Under the pieces are notes generated by a model. The model was not told the DNA's origin and did no database searches. It worked only from the letters and a program-made list of their open reading frames with translations. Shown here piece by piece: positions 41,389-52,383 of a stretch of 64,000 bases of DNA (position 1 is the first letter of the stretch; each line of letters starts with the position of its first letter). The translations under genes were made by a program, and so were the position numbers. Origin of the DNA: Spirochaetia bacterium (GTDB taxonomy: Bacteria; Spirochaetota; Spirochaetia; SZUA-6; Bin103); NCBI GenBank assembly GCA_965198005.1, contig CBDAOI010000004.1, positions 1,376,001-1,440,000 on the forward strand, in the 5' to 3' direction.

Positions 41389-41647
41389 CGGCTCTTGGTG
41401 ACGCCGCCAGCCGGCACGCCGGCAGCCGGCATGCTCACCACAGTCGAAATACCTCGCCGGGCTGATAGTCGGGCTTGAGGTCCCAGTGCCAGCCGATGGG
41501 CAGGTCGCGGTGGCGATCTGGTTGCCGACCCCTTACCCACGCCACCCTGCCGGCCAACGGGTGCCGCTTCTCGGCGCGCCGGGCTTGCGGGCACCCGGCC
41601 CGGGCGGTGGACGCCAAGAGGGTGATGGGCTAGGTTTGCGGATAAGC

Positions 41648-42079
41648 CTAGGGGGGTGCCGCCACGGCGATGGCCGATTCGAACGCTTCGTAGTGGCGCA
41701 CGTTCCAGGTGATGATCGTCGACGCTTCGGCCTTCAGTGCGGATTGGGCGATGAGCACGTCATACATCTGCCCGCCGATGAGGGTGCGCCGCTGCGCTTC
41801 ATGCAGTGCATTCCACATCTCGAGTCCAGTGAGCTGCGCGATTGGCGTGTCCCTCCAGTTCCTCTCGATGAGGGCAATGGCATCGTCAGCCCGCAGCCGA
41901 TGGGGCGCAGGCAAGCGCGTAAGGACCGCATAAGTCTCAGCCAGAGAGTGAGCGGCTAACACCAACTCCTCGTTGCTGCCCTTGCGGCGCTCAATCTCGG
42001 CACACGTCCGATCGTGATGTTCATGCCATGAGCTCACCGCCGCGACCAGGGCACTGGTATCACAAAGATAGCGAGTCAC
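41648..42079 (-). CDS. PIN-domain VapC-like toxin
   Basis: YLCDTSALVA, LAETYAVLTRLP, MYDVLI, ITWNVRHY. Confidence 0.9.
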   Translation of the reverse strand: MTRYLCDTSALVAAVSSWHEHHDRTCAEIERRKGSNEELVLAAHSLAETYAVLTRLPAPHRLRADDAIALIERNWRDTPIAQLTGLEMWNALHEAQRRTLIGGQMYDVLIAQSALKAEASTIITWNVRHYEAFESAIAVAAPP

Positions 42080-42348
42080 TCTGCCGCTTCTTGCTCCATC
42101 GGCTCGTTGCGGAGTTCCGCAATCGTCTTGTCTACATCTTCCGCATGCATGACCGGCTGGTTCTCCTGGGGTACCGCGACCACGAGAGAGCCCCGGGGCT
42201 GCATGGTGACCTGCAGCGGGACTGGTTCGATCTCAATATGGCCACCCTGCACGCGAAACTGCACCTCGGTGCCGGGGCGCAGATTGGCGGCTTCGCGAAT
42301 CGCCTTGGGCACCACGATACGGCCGGCGCGATCTATGGTAGAACTCAT
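42076..42348 (-). CDS. AbrB/MazE-family antitoxin
   Basis: TIDRAGRIVVPKAIREAANLRPG. Confidence 0.92.
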   Translation of the reverse strand: MSSTIDRAGRIVVPKAIREAANLRPGTEVQFRVQGGHIEIEPVPLQVTMQPRGSLVVAVPQENQPVMHAEDVDKTIAELRNEPMEQEAAE

Positions 42349-42418
42349 ACCATTATCAGTACCATTTCCTGTGCCATCGCGCAAGCTTCGTCTTGATGAT
42401 CCGATGCGATCTTGGCGG

Positions 42419-43240
42419 TCAATGTTCGCGAGTAGGGACGGCTCTTAGAGCAGCGCCTGATAGACCAGGCGCTGAACCCCCCCAGCCGTAGGTGCCGACC
42501 GAGCGGATGAGCGGGAAACGGTGGCGGCCGTGATAGGTGGCCACGCCCAGGCCCCAGTGGAAGCCGGGCCCGGTCATCGGAATCATCATGTCGCCGGTGT
42601 GGTTGGCGATCACTCGGGCGATTTCGAGTTGAGATGCCCCACGCGTTCTGCGAGCTCCTTTTGCGTGAGGTTCAATCCCTTGCGCAGCGCGATGATCTCC
42701 GTGGCCAAGGTGAACTCCTCCTCCAGCGCCTCATACTCCCGCCTGAAGTTGGGGTCCCCGAGTTGCTCGTTCAGCAAATCCTGATACCTGGTTGCCTTCA
42801 TTGCTCGCTGGCCTCCTCGTACTGTCTCTTCAGTCTCATGGCTCTGATGCTTGCCGGCCACCCGCTCCTCGCTGGTGAGGTCGCCGCGGACCGCCAGTAC
42901 CTCCGCCCCGGTCGCGGTGGCGATCTGGTTGCCGACCCCTGGTGGAGGTGGGCGTGGAGCCCGGAAGATGGCGGGTCGATGCGCCCTGCAGGATGAGGCC
43001 GGGAATGAGGAACACGCCGATGTGGGCGAGCGGATCCTCGCTGAAGGCAAACAGTCTGATCGGCGGTGGCCAGCCCGAAGATGGCGAAGCTGCGTCCGAC
43101 ATAATCGCCCAGGGTGTCCTGGCGCACCGCCGAGTAGATGCCGACCGGCAGCGCGATCACCAGGCCGATGAGCAGCGCCGCCGCCCCCAGCTCCAGCGTG
43201 ACGGGCACTCTGGCGAGGATCTTCCCCTCCACGGATCGTA
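42419..43240 (-). pseudogene. Chain of fragments: DppB, SDR, possible RelE-like tail, XRE-HTH, serine hydrolase
   Basis: VTLELG..ALPVGIYSAVRQD; ATGAEVLAVRGDLT; EYEALEEEF...LTQKELAERVG; GLGV..GTYGWGG. Confidence 0.72.
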
Positions 43241-43289
43241 GACACCGCCGACACGCTCAGCGCAACAAGGTTTGGCGCCCCCGTATCGG

Positions 43290-44252
43290 TCAGTTACGCG
43301 ACGATCGCGCCCGCACCGCTCGCCTGAGCGCCTTGCCGCCATGCGCACCCATGTGCCCCACGCCGCCGCGCAGCCGCGGGTCGAGCAGGTCGCGCACCGC
43401 GTCGCCGAACATGTTGTAGCTGTACACCACGATGGTCAGGAAGATGCCGGGCCACATGGCCAGCCACGGCGCCACCAGCATGTACTGGCGCCCCTCGCGG
43501 CTCAGCAGCCCTCCCCAGCTCGGAACGCTCACCGGCAGCCCGAAGCCCAGAAAGCTCAAGCTGGCTTCGGTGATGATGACCGTACCGATGGTGATGCTGA
43601 AGATGATGATGATGGGCGCCATCACGTTGGGCAGCACGTGGCGCAGCACCGTGTGCCAAAGCGAGCTGCCCACCGCCTGTGCGGCCTGGAAGTAGGCGTT
43701 CTCCTTCACCCCGATCACCGCGCCCCGGACCACACGCGAGTTGCCGATCCCGAAGGCCAGACCCAGCACGATGATGACCTGCAGCGCACCGGTACCCAGA
43801 ATCGACATGACCGTCATGAGTAGAAGCAGTCCCGGAAAGGCCATCCAGGCATCGACGAATCTCTGCGTCACCAGGTCGAGCCGGCCACCGACGAACCCCG
43901 ACAGCCCGCCGACGACGGTGGCCACCACCACCGCCACCGCGGTTGCCGCGAAGCCGACCAGCAGCGACACTCGCGCGCCGTAGATGTTGCGGCTCAGGAA
44001 GTCGCGTCCCACATGATCGGTGCCCAACAAATGCTCGGCCGAGGAGCCCTGCAGTCGCCGGGTCACCTCCTGGCGCTGCTCGGGGTCCGGTGCCAGAAAC
44101 TCGGCGAAGATGCCCACCAGCACGAACAGCACGATGATGACGGCGCCGAGCAGGCCCAACGGCTTCTCCCGTACCAGGCGGTAAAAGAAGTCCGCAAGAG
44201 GGCCGCGCCGGCGTCCCGCTTCTGTGCCGACGGGATCAGCGATTTTGCTCAC
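43290..44252 (-). CDS. ABC permease DppC-like
   Basis: HLLGTDHVGRD, RHVLPN, EASLSFLG, GDAVRDLLDPR. Confidence 0.92.
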   Translation of the reverse strand: MSKIADPVGTEAGRRRGPLADFFYRLVREKPLGLLGAVIIVLFVLVGIFAEFLAPDPEQRQEVTRRLQGSSAEHLLGTDHVGRDFLSRNIYGARVSLLVGFAATAVAVVVATVVGGLSGFVGGRLDLVTQRFVDAWMAFPGLLLLMTVMSILGTGALQVIIVLGLAFGIGNSRVVRGAVIGVKENAYFQAAQAVGSSLWHTVLRHVLPNVMAPIIIIFSITIGTVIITEASLSFLGFGLPVSVPSWGGLLSREGRQYMLVAPWLAMWPGIFLTIVVYSYNMFGDAVRDLLDPRLRGGVGHMGAHGGKALRRAVRARSSRN

Positions 44253-44610
44253 TGGTAGCGAATCCTCGGGTCCGGATAGGCATACGGTCCGACAGCGACT
44301 GAACGAACAGCGACCCCAGGCCGGGCAGGTTGAGCAGCGTCTCGATGATGACCGCACCACCCACCAGGATAGGCAGCTGCAGCCCGATGAGCGTCACCAC
44401 CGGAATCAGCGCGTTCTTTATCGCGTGACGGACGACGACCACCCGCTCGCGCAGGCCCTTGGCCCACGCCGTCCGCACGTAGTCCTGCCGCAGCACCTCC
44501 AGCATCATGGTACGCGTCATCCGCATGGTGACGGCGGACAGGTAGGTGCCGAGGATGAGGCCGGGGATGATGAACATGCCGATGTGGGCCAGCGCATCCT
44601 CGCTGACGGG
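44249..44610 (-). pseudogene. DppB C-terminal remnant with internal deletion
   Basis: MRMTRTMMLEVLRQDYVRTAWAKG; DPRIRYQ* in another frame. Confidence 0.85.
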
Positions 44611-44777
44611 AAGCAGGGGTACGGGGGGAGGACTCGGCTGCGTCACCGCCTGGGAGCGGTTGTTGCTACTCCGGAGGCGCGCCCGGAGCGCGGCCGATCA
44701 TTCAGCGGTTCTTTATTGATATTGTGGACGGCATCGGATCTGACGGGATCATTTGATCATCGTACGTAAGGCTCCGC

Positions 44778-47700
44778 TCATTCCGGTGCCGTTGCGGCCG
44801 GATCGGGGGCCAGAATCTCCTCGATCGCCAGGCGGTCCGGTCCGAGCTCCGCGTTGGCCTGCTCCAGCTTGTCGCGGCTGGAGACGACGCAGACGGCGCT
44901 GTGCGGGAAGCCGGCGTCCAGGGCCTGTTCCAGGGCGCGCCGCACCTCGCTCGGGGTGACGGCCTTGAGGCGCTCGTGGCGCGCCTCGCGCAGCTCGGGG
45001 GTGATGCCGGCCAGGTGGCGCTGGAGGGCGAGCCCGGTGGCCGGGCGCGGGCGCAGGGGAGTGAAGCCGCGCTTGGCGACCGCGATCACGGCGCGGCCGA
45101 TGTCGGTCTCGCTCCAGGCGGCGGCGCGCACGAACTCGCGCGTACGCTTGAACACGTCCAGGGTACGGGTCACGTGGGGGTCGCGGTAGGAGCCGAGCCC
45201 GACCGTTCCCCCGAGCGCGTCGTAGCGGAACCAGGCGCCGTAGGCGTTGCCCTTGAACCGGATCTCGGGCAGCACCCAGTCCAGGTTGACGATGTGCGCT
45301 CCCACCTCCAGCGGCACCGCCTCCGGTTCCGAGTAGCGCGGCGCCGGCAGCACCTGGCGCAGTAGGCGACGTGCATCTGGGCCGCCAGTCCTTCGCGCGG
45401 GGGTGTGGCATAGGGCGTGAAGCCGAGCGGCGCATCGGCGATCGGCTCATCCCGCAGCCGTCCGCTCCAGCTCCGCAGGGCCGCCAGCACGTGCTGCGCG
45501 CCCGACTCGGTGCCGGTATGGCTCACCGTCAGCCGGCCGCGTTCCAGCAGAAACTCGCGAATCTGCTCGATGCGCTCCATCAGCGCCGCGTGTTCGCGGT
45601 CGAACGCCCCGGTCAGCCGCTCGCACAGGGCCAACTGCGGGAGCCCGTGCACGATCTCGGCCAGATGGCCTTCGAGGGTGAGGCCGCGGCCGGCGTGCAG
45701 GCTCGCGGTGCGCGCCCCGGCGTTCACCAGTCCGGTGCGGTAGCCGATGCGCGCCTGGATCAGCACCTCGCTCAGCCGCTCCCGATCGCGCGGGTCGACG
45801 CTGAACACCAGGCTGCCGAGCAGCGCCAGCGCCTCCTCCATCTGGTCGTCCAGCGCCTTGAGACTGAAGCGGACTCCGCGTAGCGTGCGCGCCGCCTGCA
45901 CGCTGTTGCCGAGTGCGACCGAGGCACGGATGCCGCCGGTGGCGGCCGCCTTGCGCCGCGCCACCTCCTCGTAGTCGGCGCCGGTCGTGCCGAGCTTGGC
46001 GGTGGCCTCGACGTAGCGCGGCAGGATCGGCCACAGCTCGGCGCCCAGTCCGGTCAGGTCGAAGTCGAGCACCAGATAGTTCACGCCGTTGGAAAACACG
46101 TCGTTGCGCAGCAGGGTGATGCTGGCGACGTCGCTGACCGTGGTGGGGACATGCTGCAGGCGCGCAGGGAGGTCGCTTACCCGGAGTTGCGGCAGGCGCG
46201 CAAGCTGCTCCGGCGAGTTGGGCGTGCTGTTGAGCCGTTCCAGCTCCGCAGCGTTGGCCGCCGCCTGCGCGATCTCGGCCTCCGACAGCTCCTGTTCAAG
46301 TCGTTGCACGCGCGCCGCCAGGGTCCGGTCGAGCCGCTGCTGCATGCCGCGGTCCGGGCTCAGCACCAGGTGCAGGCGGTGGGGATTGTCGAGCAGCCGC
46401 GCGCGCAGCAGATCGGAAAACAGGGTCGGTTGCCGCTGCCAGCGCTCCCGGCAGGCGTCCAGATGGGCGCCGATGCGCAGGAAGCGCAAGGGGTCCTCGC
46501 CGTGGATCCAGCTTCCCACCACCCGGAACAGGGTATGCAGGGGGAACATCGGCTGCACTTCGAGGTACTCGAAGGCCGCCTGGCGGAACGCGGTCTCTAC
46601 CATTTCAGTGCCGATGCCGCCGGCTTCAGTGCTGATGCCGCCGGCCGCCACCCGCTCCAGGGTGGTGTCGACCAGCTCCCGGAACTGCTCGGCCCGCTCC
46701 GGCTCGCTGCCGCGCAGACCGACGCTGAAGGTCGCCTCGCGCCCTACCGAAAAGCTGCCGGTGTGCAGCACGTCCGCCCCGAGCTGCGACCGGATCAGCG
46801 CCTTACGCAGCGGGGCGGCCTCGTTGCCGGCCAGGACCAGCGACAGGATGTGCAGCAGCGCCGTGTCCACGGGGTCGAGCGCGTCGCCGGTCAGCCAGGT
46901 GTCGACCAGGAAGGTGCGCTCGGTCTCGGGTTCGGTCGCGCCGATCGGGTAGGTTTCGCGGTGCGTGCGCGGCCGGCTCCAGCGCGCTTGCCGCGCGGGG
47001 TCGAAGTGGGGTGCGCCGGCGGCGCCGGCCAGCGCCGGCCAGCTTACCGGCTGGCGGCTGAAGTCAACCAGCCGCGCACCGAGGAAGCTGCAGTAGTCGG
47101 CCGTGGCGACGTCGCCGTAGGCGAAGAAGTAGGCGTTGCTGGGATGGTAGTAGGTGGCGTGAAACCGGCGGAACGCTTCGTACGTGAGGTCGGGAATCGC
47201 CTCCGGGGTGCCGCCGCTCTCGTGCGCGTACAGGGTATCCGGCAGCAGCCGGTGGTTGAGCAGGCGCCCGAGGCGCGCATGGGGGTCCGAGAACACCCCC
47301 TTCATTTCGTTGTAGACGATGCCGCTGATGCTCAGCCGGGGAGCGCCGGTGCCGCCGGTGCCGCCATTGGTGGTGCCGCCGCTATTGGTGGTGCCGCCGC
47401 GGCCGCCGTTGGCCGGCCGTGGGGCCAGGTGGTGGCCTTCCCGGCGAAAGGTCTGTTCCGTCAGCAGCGGATGGAAGGTGGCGTCGAAGTACACCTCGGC
47501 CAAGTTGAACAGGTCCTTGGGCACGTTGCTGGCCACCGGGTAGTAGGTGCTGTCTTCGCCGGTCATGGCGTTGATGAAGGTCGCCATGCTCATCTTGATC
47601 ATTTCGAAGAACGGTTCCCGCACCGGAAACCGGCGCGATCCGGCCAGCACGCAGTGCTCGAGAATGTGCGGGACTCCGGTATCGTCGGCGGGCGGCGTCG

Positions 47701-47899
47701 GGAAGGTTACCGAGAACAGGTTCTCGGGGTCCGCGGTATGCAGATGCAGCAAACGGGCGCCGCTGCCGCCATGCTCCAGCAGGTAGGCGACCGAGCGCAC
47801 CTCGGGTACGGCGGTGGCGCTCAGCAGGCGAAAGCCGTGCAGTTCCGCGCCGGGTTCGAGGGTGGCGCCGGCCGCGGGCGTCGATGGTGTGCGTGACAT
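44778..47899 (-). CDS. M16C insulinase-family peptidase (PreP-like), frameshift near 45360
   Basis: TGVPHILEHCVLAGS, FINAMT, GIVYNEMKG; C-terminal IRFKGNAYG, SYRDP in second frame. Confidence 0.9.
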
Positions 47900-47997
47900 A
47901 AGCGACAGTCTACCGTAATGAGCGCAAGGAAAGGGCGCCGCAGTGCGGGCAGCAGCGGGCAGAGCGGCGCGACGTGCAGCCGCGGCAGCCGCCGGAG

Positions 47998-48681
47998 TCA
48001 GCGGTCGATCGCCACGATGCACGGCAGGTGGCGCAGCGCGCCGGCGGCGTCCAGGCCGTACCCGGCGACCCATACCTCCGGAATCCGAAACCCCACCAGA
48101 TCCGGTGCCGCCCGCGCCCGCTGGTCGAGGATGGTCGGGTCGGGGGCGGCGAGCTGCTTGTCGAGCAGCACGCACACCTGCACGCTGTGCACTTCCCACT
48201 CGGCCAGCCGGTCGCGCAGCGCGGTCAGCGTGAAGCCGTGATCGAGGATGTCATCCACCAGCAGCACCGAACGCCCGGCCACGTCGGCGGGCTCGAGGTC
48301 GATGTTGACCCGCCGTTCCTCGACCGCATCGGCCGACGTGGCGAGGTCGTAGGTGCTGGTCTTGGTGAGTTCGAAGTAGATGTTGAGCGTGCTGGTCGAA
48401 GCCAGCGCGCGGCCCAGGTCGGCGGCAAACAGGAACGCGCCGGTGAGCACCGGGATGATCACCACCTCGGTGTCGCGCGGGTAGCGCACGGCCAGGTTCC
48501 GGGCCAGGACGCGGATCCGCTCCTGGAGGGCGGCCTCGGGAATCAGCACGCGGCGGACCACGCCGCGCAGCGCCCGCGGCAGCGATATCCCGTAGTCCGC
48601 CAGCGCGTCCCGCTCCGGATCGAGACCGGTCTCCGGGATTACCACCGGTTCCGTGGTGGGCGGAGGTGACAGTTGCGCCAT
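47998..48681 (-). CDS. hpt: Hypoxanthine-guanine phosphoribosyltransferase
   Basis: VLTGAFLFAADL, VLLVDDILDHGFTL, VAGYGLD. Confidence 0.9.
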   Translation of the reverse strand: MAQLSPPPTTEPVVIPETGLDPERDALADYGISLPRALRGVVRRVLIPEAALQERIRVLARNLAVRYPRDTEVVIIPVLTGAFLFAADLGRALASTSTLNIYFELTKTSTYDLATSADAVEERRVNIDLEPADVAGRSVLLVDDILDHGFTLTALRDRLAEWEVHSVQVCVLLDKQLAAPDPTILDQRARAAPDLVGFRIPEVWVAGYGLDAAGALRHLPCIVAIDR

Positions 48682-48806
48682 CAGCCGGCCCCCGCGCGGC
48701 GTGTCCGGTCAGCCACCGGCACGAACCTGCAGTCGTTCATCCTTCTGCCCACAGGCTATCAACCTTGACCATGATGTGCCACGTCCCGTGAAATGGTGCG
48801 GACGCA

Positions 48807-49610
48807 ATGTGCACCAACATCGAACCCGCGTCGAGGGCGCTGGCCGCGGCGAATCTGGATCCCCACCGGTATCGGCGGTGGGCGCCATACGTACCCGAGC
48901 TGGGCCGGGCCGTGGTCGATCTGCTGGATCCGCGGGCCGGGGAACGGATCCTCGACCTGGGGTGCGGCGACGGCATCCTGACGCGGCACTTGGCGTTGCG
49001 TGGCTGCACCGTGATCGGCGTGGATCGGAGCCGGGCGTTCGTGGCGGCGGCCCGCGACCGCGGCGTGCGGGCGTTCACGGTCGACGCACGCCGCCTGATC
49101 GGCCCCGAGCTGCTGGCCGGCAGCTTCGACGCCGTGTTCTCGAACGCCGTGCTGCACTGGATTCCGCAGGCCGGGCAGGTGGTGGCGGGCGTGCACCGCC
49201 TGTTGCGGCGCGGTGGCCGGTTCGTGGGCGAGCTCGGGGGGCTCGGGGGCGCGGGCAACATCGCGGTGGTGCGCAGTGCGCTGCATCGCGCTCTGCGGCG
49301 GCGAGGTCTCGACTCGGGACTATACGACCCTTGGTACTTCCCGAGCGCGGACGCGTATCGGGCGCTGCTCGCCACGCACGGGTTCTCGGTGTCGCACATC
49401 CGCCTGTTCGCCCGCCCGACCCCGGTTCCGGGCACGCTGGAAGAGTGGCTGGACACGTTCGCGATGCCGTTCCTGCACCATCTCGACTCCGTTACGGCGC
49501 GTGCGGTCGTGGCTGAGGTAACCGCCGCCGTGGCCCCGCACCTGCGCACGGCGAAGGGCTCGTGGCGGGTGGACTACGTGCGTCTGCGGTTTCGCGCGCT
49601 CAGACGGTAG
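48807..49610 (+). CDS. SAM-dependent methyltransferase
   Basis: ILDLGCGDG, FDAVFSNAVLHW, DYVRLRF. Confidence 0.9.
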   Translation: MCTNIEPASRALAAANLDPHRYRRWAPYVPELGRAVVDLLDPRAGERILDLGCGDGILTRHLALRGCTVIGVDRSRAFVAAARDRGVRAFTVDARRLIGPELLAGSFDAVFSNAVLHWIPQAGQVVAGVHRLLRRGGRFVGELGGLGGAGNIAVVRSALHRALRRRGLDSGLYDPWYFPSADAYRALLATHGFSVSHIRLFARPTPVPGTLEEWLDTFAMPFLHHLDSVTARAVVAEVTAAVAPHLRTAKGSWRVDYVRLRFRALRR

Positions 49611-49682
49611 ACCGGCACAGGGCTCACGCCGAAATCCCGCCGCCTGTCGGTGTCGCCCGGAACGGCCGCGTAGCGGATGGCG

Positions 49683-50207
49683 CTAACTCGAACTGCCCGG
49701 CGGCTTGGCGGGCCTCGTCAGCGTGGTCCACTGCGGCGCCCGCATGCGCGCCAGCTCGACGATCTGGCCGACGTGGTACGCGGTATGGGTCAGCGCCCAG
49801 AGCAGCGCGTGGAGCACGGTAAACGGCTCTCCCCGCACGGTCACGGTCCGCTGCAGGTGCTCGGCCCGCAGCGCGCGCAGGGTCGACTCGACGCAGGACC
49901 ACCCGACGTTCCACGCTTCGAGCACCGGATCCTGGTCCACGAGGTCGTTGCGGAACTCAGCGGGCCGGTTGCGCGTCGGCTTCTCGCCGTCGGTGGTGAG
50001 GAAATCCGTAAACCGCGATCGCAGGTAGCCCCCGAGATGCTTCAGCAGGATTGCGACGCTGTTGGATCGCTCGTCCGGCCGCCACCCGAAGTCGGTCGCG
50101 GGGAGCTGGTCGAGGGCGCGTTCGGCGACGTCCCGCATCCGGCCGAACTCAACGGCGATGCAATGCAGTGCATCGTTGCTCTGTACGGCGTCATTCATGC
50201 GCGCCAT
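49683..50207 (-). CDS. DinB/DUF1572-family protein
   Basis: SNSVAILLKHL, FTDFLTTDGEKP.RNR..EF, HTAYHVGQI. Confidence 0.88.
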   Translation of the reverse strand: MARMNDAVQSNDALHCIAVEFGRMRDVAERALDQLPATDFGWRPDERSNSVAILLKHLGGYLRSRFTDFLTTDGEKPTRNRPAEFRNDLVDQDPVLEAWNVGWSCVESTLRALRAEHLQRTVTVRGEPFTVLHALLWALTHTAYHVGQIVELARMRAPQWTTLTRPAKPPGSSS

Positions 50208-50303
50208 GCTACCCGCCGGGGGCGCGCGTGGGTAGAGGGTCAGGCGCGATTATGTGCAGCACCCGGCCACGACCCCGCTGAATCGGTGGCCTGATCTCCG
50301 GTC

Positions 50304-50332
50304 TTGATTTGCGACAGGTCATGTGGTACAGT
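50304..50332 (+). promoter_or_regulatory. Putative sigma70 promoter
   Basis: TTGATT-N17-TACAGT with TG extension. Confidence 0.5.
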
Positions 50333-50374
50333 TCTAATTGTCGTGATGGATGGTAATTACGCGTGGCTTGGCGA

Positions 50375-50505
50375 GTGGGAGAAGCCGCTCCTAAGAAACA
50401 ACAGTTTCTTGCATGACCACGCCGGGCCCCGCCCGGTGGGAAGCTCCTAAGAAACGACCGCTGTTCTTTCGTGAACACGCCGGGCTCCGGCCCGGTGGGG
50501 AGCTT
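50375..50505 (+). repeat. ~60-bp tandem stem-loop repeats (~2.2 units)
   Basis: GTGGG..GCTCCTAAGAAAC...CACGCCGGGC..GCCCG units start at 50375, 50436, 50495. Confidence 0.8.
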
Positions 50506-50639
50506 GACACGACTTGCCTTTCGTTGCAATTGTGCCGACAGCGGCAACGGAACGTATGGCTCACGTCAAGACTGCTGCGGCGCGTGCCGATAGCCTTACA
50601 CTCGTCCGCTTCTCCTTCTGAGATAGAGGAAACGTACTT

Positions 50640-50915
50640 ATGCCGACGGAAACTGGAAGATTCACCAACGAAGAACTAAGTAAGCTCCATGAACTCATTG
50701 GTCAGAAAAAGATAGATCCCGACGCAGAGTGTCCCAACTGTTTCAACAGAGACTGGCATCTTACTCCTTTCGAGGCTAGAGTGCCATTTTCCGACCCTCA
50801 GAAATACATGCCGATTGTCTCGCTGATTTGTACCAACTGCGGTTACCTGAAATCGTTTAACGCAATTGTGGCAGGAATAGTTGAAAACACGGAAAACAAC
50901 AATGGCAGTGGTTGA
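50640..50915 (+). CDS. Small Zn-ribbon hypothetical protein
   Basis: CPNC...CTNCG; SD GAGGA; AT-richer than flanks. Confidence 0.75.
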   Translation: MPTETGRFTNEELSKLHELIGQKKIDPDAECPNCFNRDWHLTPFEARVPFSDPQKYMPIVSLICTNCGYLKSFNAIVAGIVENTENNNGSG

Positions 50916-51135
50916 CGAAAAAACGTATCACGTGTACTTGGAAATTGAGCGTGGCGCGTCCGAATTGAAACAACGGCTCGCTACTATAGAAGCTCATATC
51001 GAACACTTTGCTACACGCGAGGACATCAAAGACCAGGCAAACAAGAGCCTCAAGTGGACGGTTGGGATAATGATCACTTCACTAATCGCAGCGGTGTCTG
51101 CTACTGCCGCCGTAATGGGTGGCATAGCCGGGTAA
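50902..51135 (+). CDS. Small coiled-coil protein with C-terminal TM helix
   Basis: LKQRLATIE..FATREDI..KWTVGIMITSLIAAV; overlaps upstream ORF. Confidence 0.72.
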   Translation: MAVVDEKTYHVYLEIERGASELKQRLATIEAHIEHFATREDIKDQANKSLKWTVGIMITSLIAAVSATAAVMGGIAG

Positions 51136-51196
51136 CCGGACGGCGAAGTGCGCAATGCTGGCTGTCACCGGTCAGACGGGGGAGCACCCAAATCCA

Positions 51197-52369
51197 ATGA
51201 TCAGGTCGATACTGGTACACGGGACGGCGGTACGCTGGCGGCTGGTCCGCGCTGCCGGAATCGCGTGCGTGCTGCTCGGCGCGGCGGCCATTGGTGCCGA
51301 CGCGCAGAGTCCGCCTCGGGTGTACGAGTCGCGCGAGCACCGGTTCCAGGTGGTGGAGGTGGCGTCCGGACTGGAGCATCCGTGGGCCGTGGCGTTTCTG
51401 CCCGGCGGCGATCTGCTGGTCACCGAGCGCTCGGGCCGGCTGGTGCGCATTGCCGAGGACGGCCGTCGTGTCGGTATCGCCGGGCTGCCACAGGTCGCCG
51501 CGGTCGATCAGGGCGGGCTGCTCGATCTGGTGCTGGATCCGCGGTTCCCCGCCAACCGGTTGCTCTACTTCTCCTATTCGGAACGGGCCGGCGGCGGCTT
51601 GCGTACCGCGGTGGCGCGGGCCGAGCTGGACGGCGACCGGCTGGTCGGCGTACGCGCCATCTTCGCCATGAACCGCTCGTCCGGGGGCGGCCGCCACTTC
51701 GGCTCGCGCCTGGCGTTCCTGGCGGACGGGGATCTGGTGATCACGCTCGGCGAGCGCGGCCAGCGGCACCGCGCCCAGGACCCCGCCGACCACGCCGGCT
51801 CGGTGCTGCGCATCAGGCCGGACGGCAGCCCGTCGCCGCGCACCGCCGCACTGGCCCTCGACGGTGCGGCGCCCGAGGTGTACAGCTTCGGTCACCGCAA
51901 TCCGCAGGGACTGGCGATCCATCCCGCGACCGGGCAGATCTGGATCCACGAGCACGGTCCGCGCGGCGGCGACGAGATCAACGTGGTCACCGGCGGCGCC
52001 AACTACGGGTGGCCGGTGGTAACGCACGGACGGGAGTACTCCGGCGGCAGCATCGGGGTCGGTGCGGAGGCGCCGGGGATGACGCCGCCGGTGCTGCACT
52101 GGACCCCGTCGATCGCCCCCTCCGGAATGGCGTTCTACACCGGCGACCGATTCCCGCGCTGGCAGGGCGACCTGTTCGTGGGTGCGCTGGCCGGCCGCCA
52201 CCTGCGCCGCGTCGTGCTGCGTGGCCGAACCGTGGTCGAGGAGGAGGTCCTGCTGCAGGGCCGGCTGGGCCGCATCCGCGACGTGCGCCAGGGGCCCGAC
52301 GGCCACCTGTGGCTGCTCACCGACGCCCGCAACGGCGCCCTGTACCGGCTCGACCCGGCCGGCGGATAG
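51197..52369 (+). CDS. PQQ-dependent glucose/sorbosone dehydrogenase family
   Basis: GLEHPW, QGGLLD, HFGSRL, GHRNPQG, EHGPRGGDEIN, SIAPSG. Confidence 0.93.
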   Translation: MIRSILVHGTAVRWRLVRAAGIACVLLGAAAIGADAQSPPRVYESREHRFQVVEVASGLEHPWAVAFLPGGDLLVTERSGRLVRIAEDGRRVGIAGLPQVAAVDQGGLLDLVLDPRFPANRLLYFSYSERAGGGLRTAVARAELDGDRLVGVRAIFAMNRSSGGGRHFGSRLAFLADGDLVITLGERGQRHRAQDPADHAGSVLRIRPDGSPSPRTAALALDGAAPEVYSFGHRNPQGLAIHPATGQIWIHEHGPRGGDEINVVTGGANYGWPVVTHGREYSGGSIGVGAEAPGMTPPVLHWTPSIAPSGMAFYTGDRFPRWQGDLFVGALAGRHLRRVVLRGRTVVEEEVLLQGRLGRIRDVRQGPDGHLWLLTDARNGALYRLDPAGG

Positions 52370-52383
52370 GGAAATCCGAACGG

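Noticed and set aside
45340-45375. Programmed frameshift in the M16C peptidase
   Set aside because: No slippery motif; a single indel is more likely a sequencing error or point lesion
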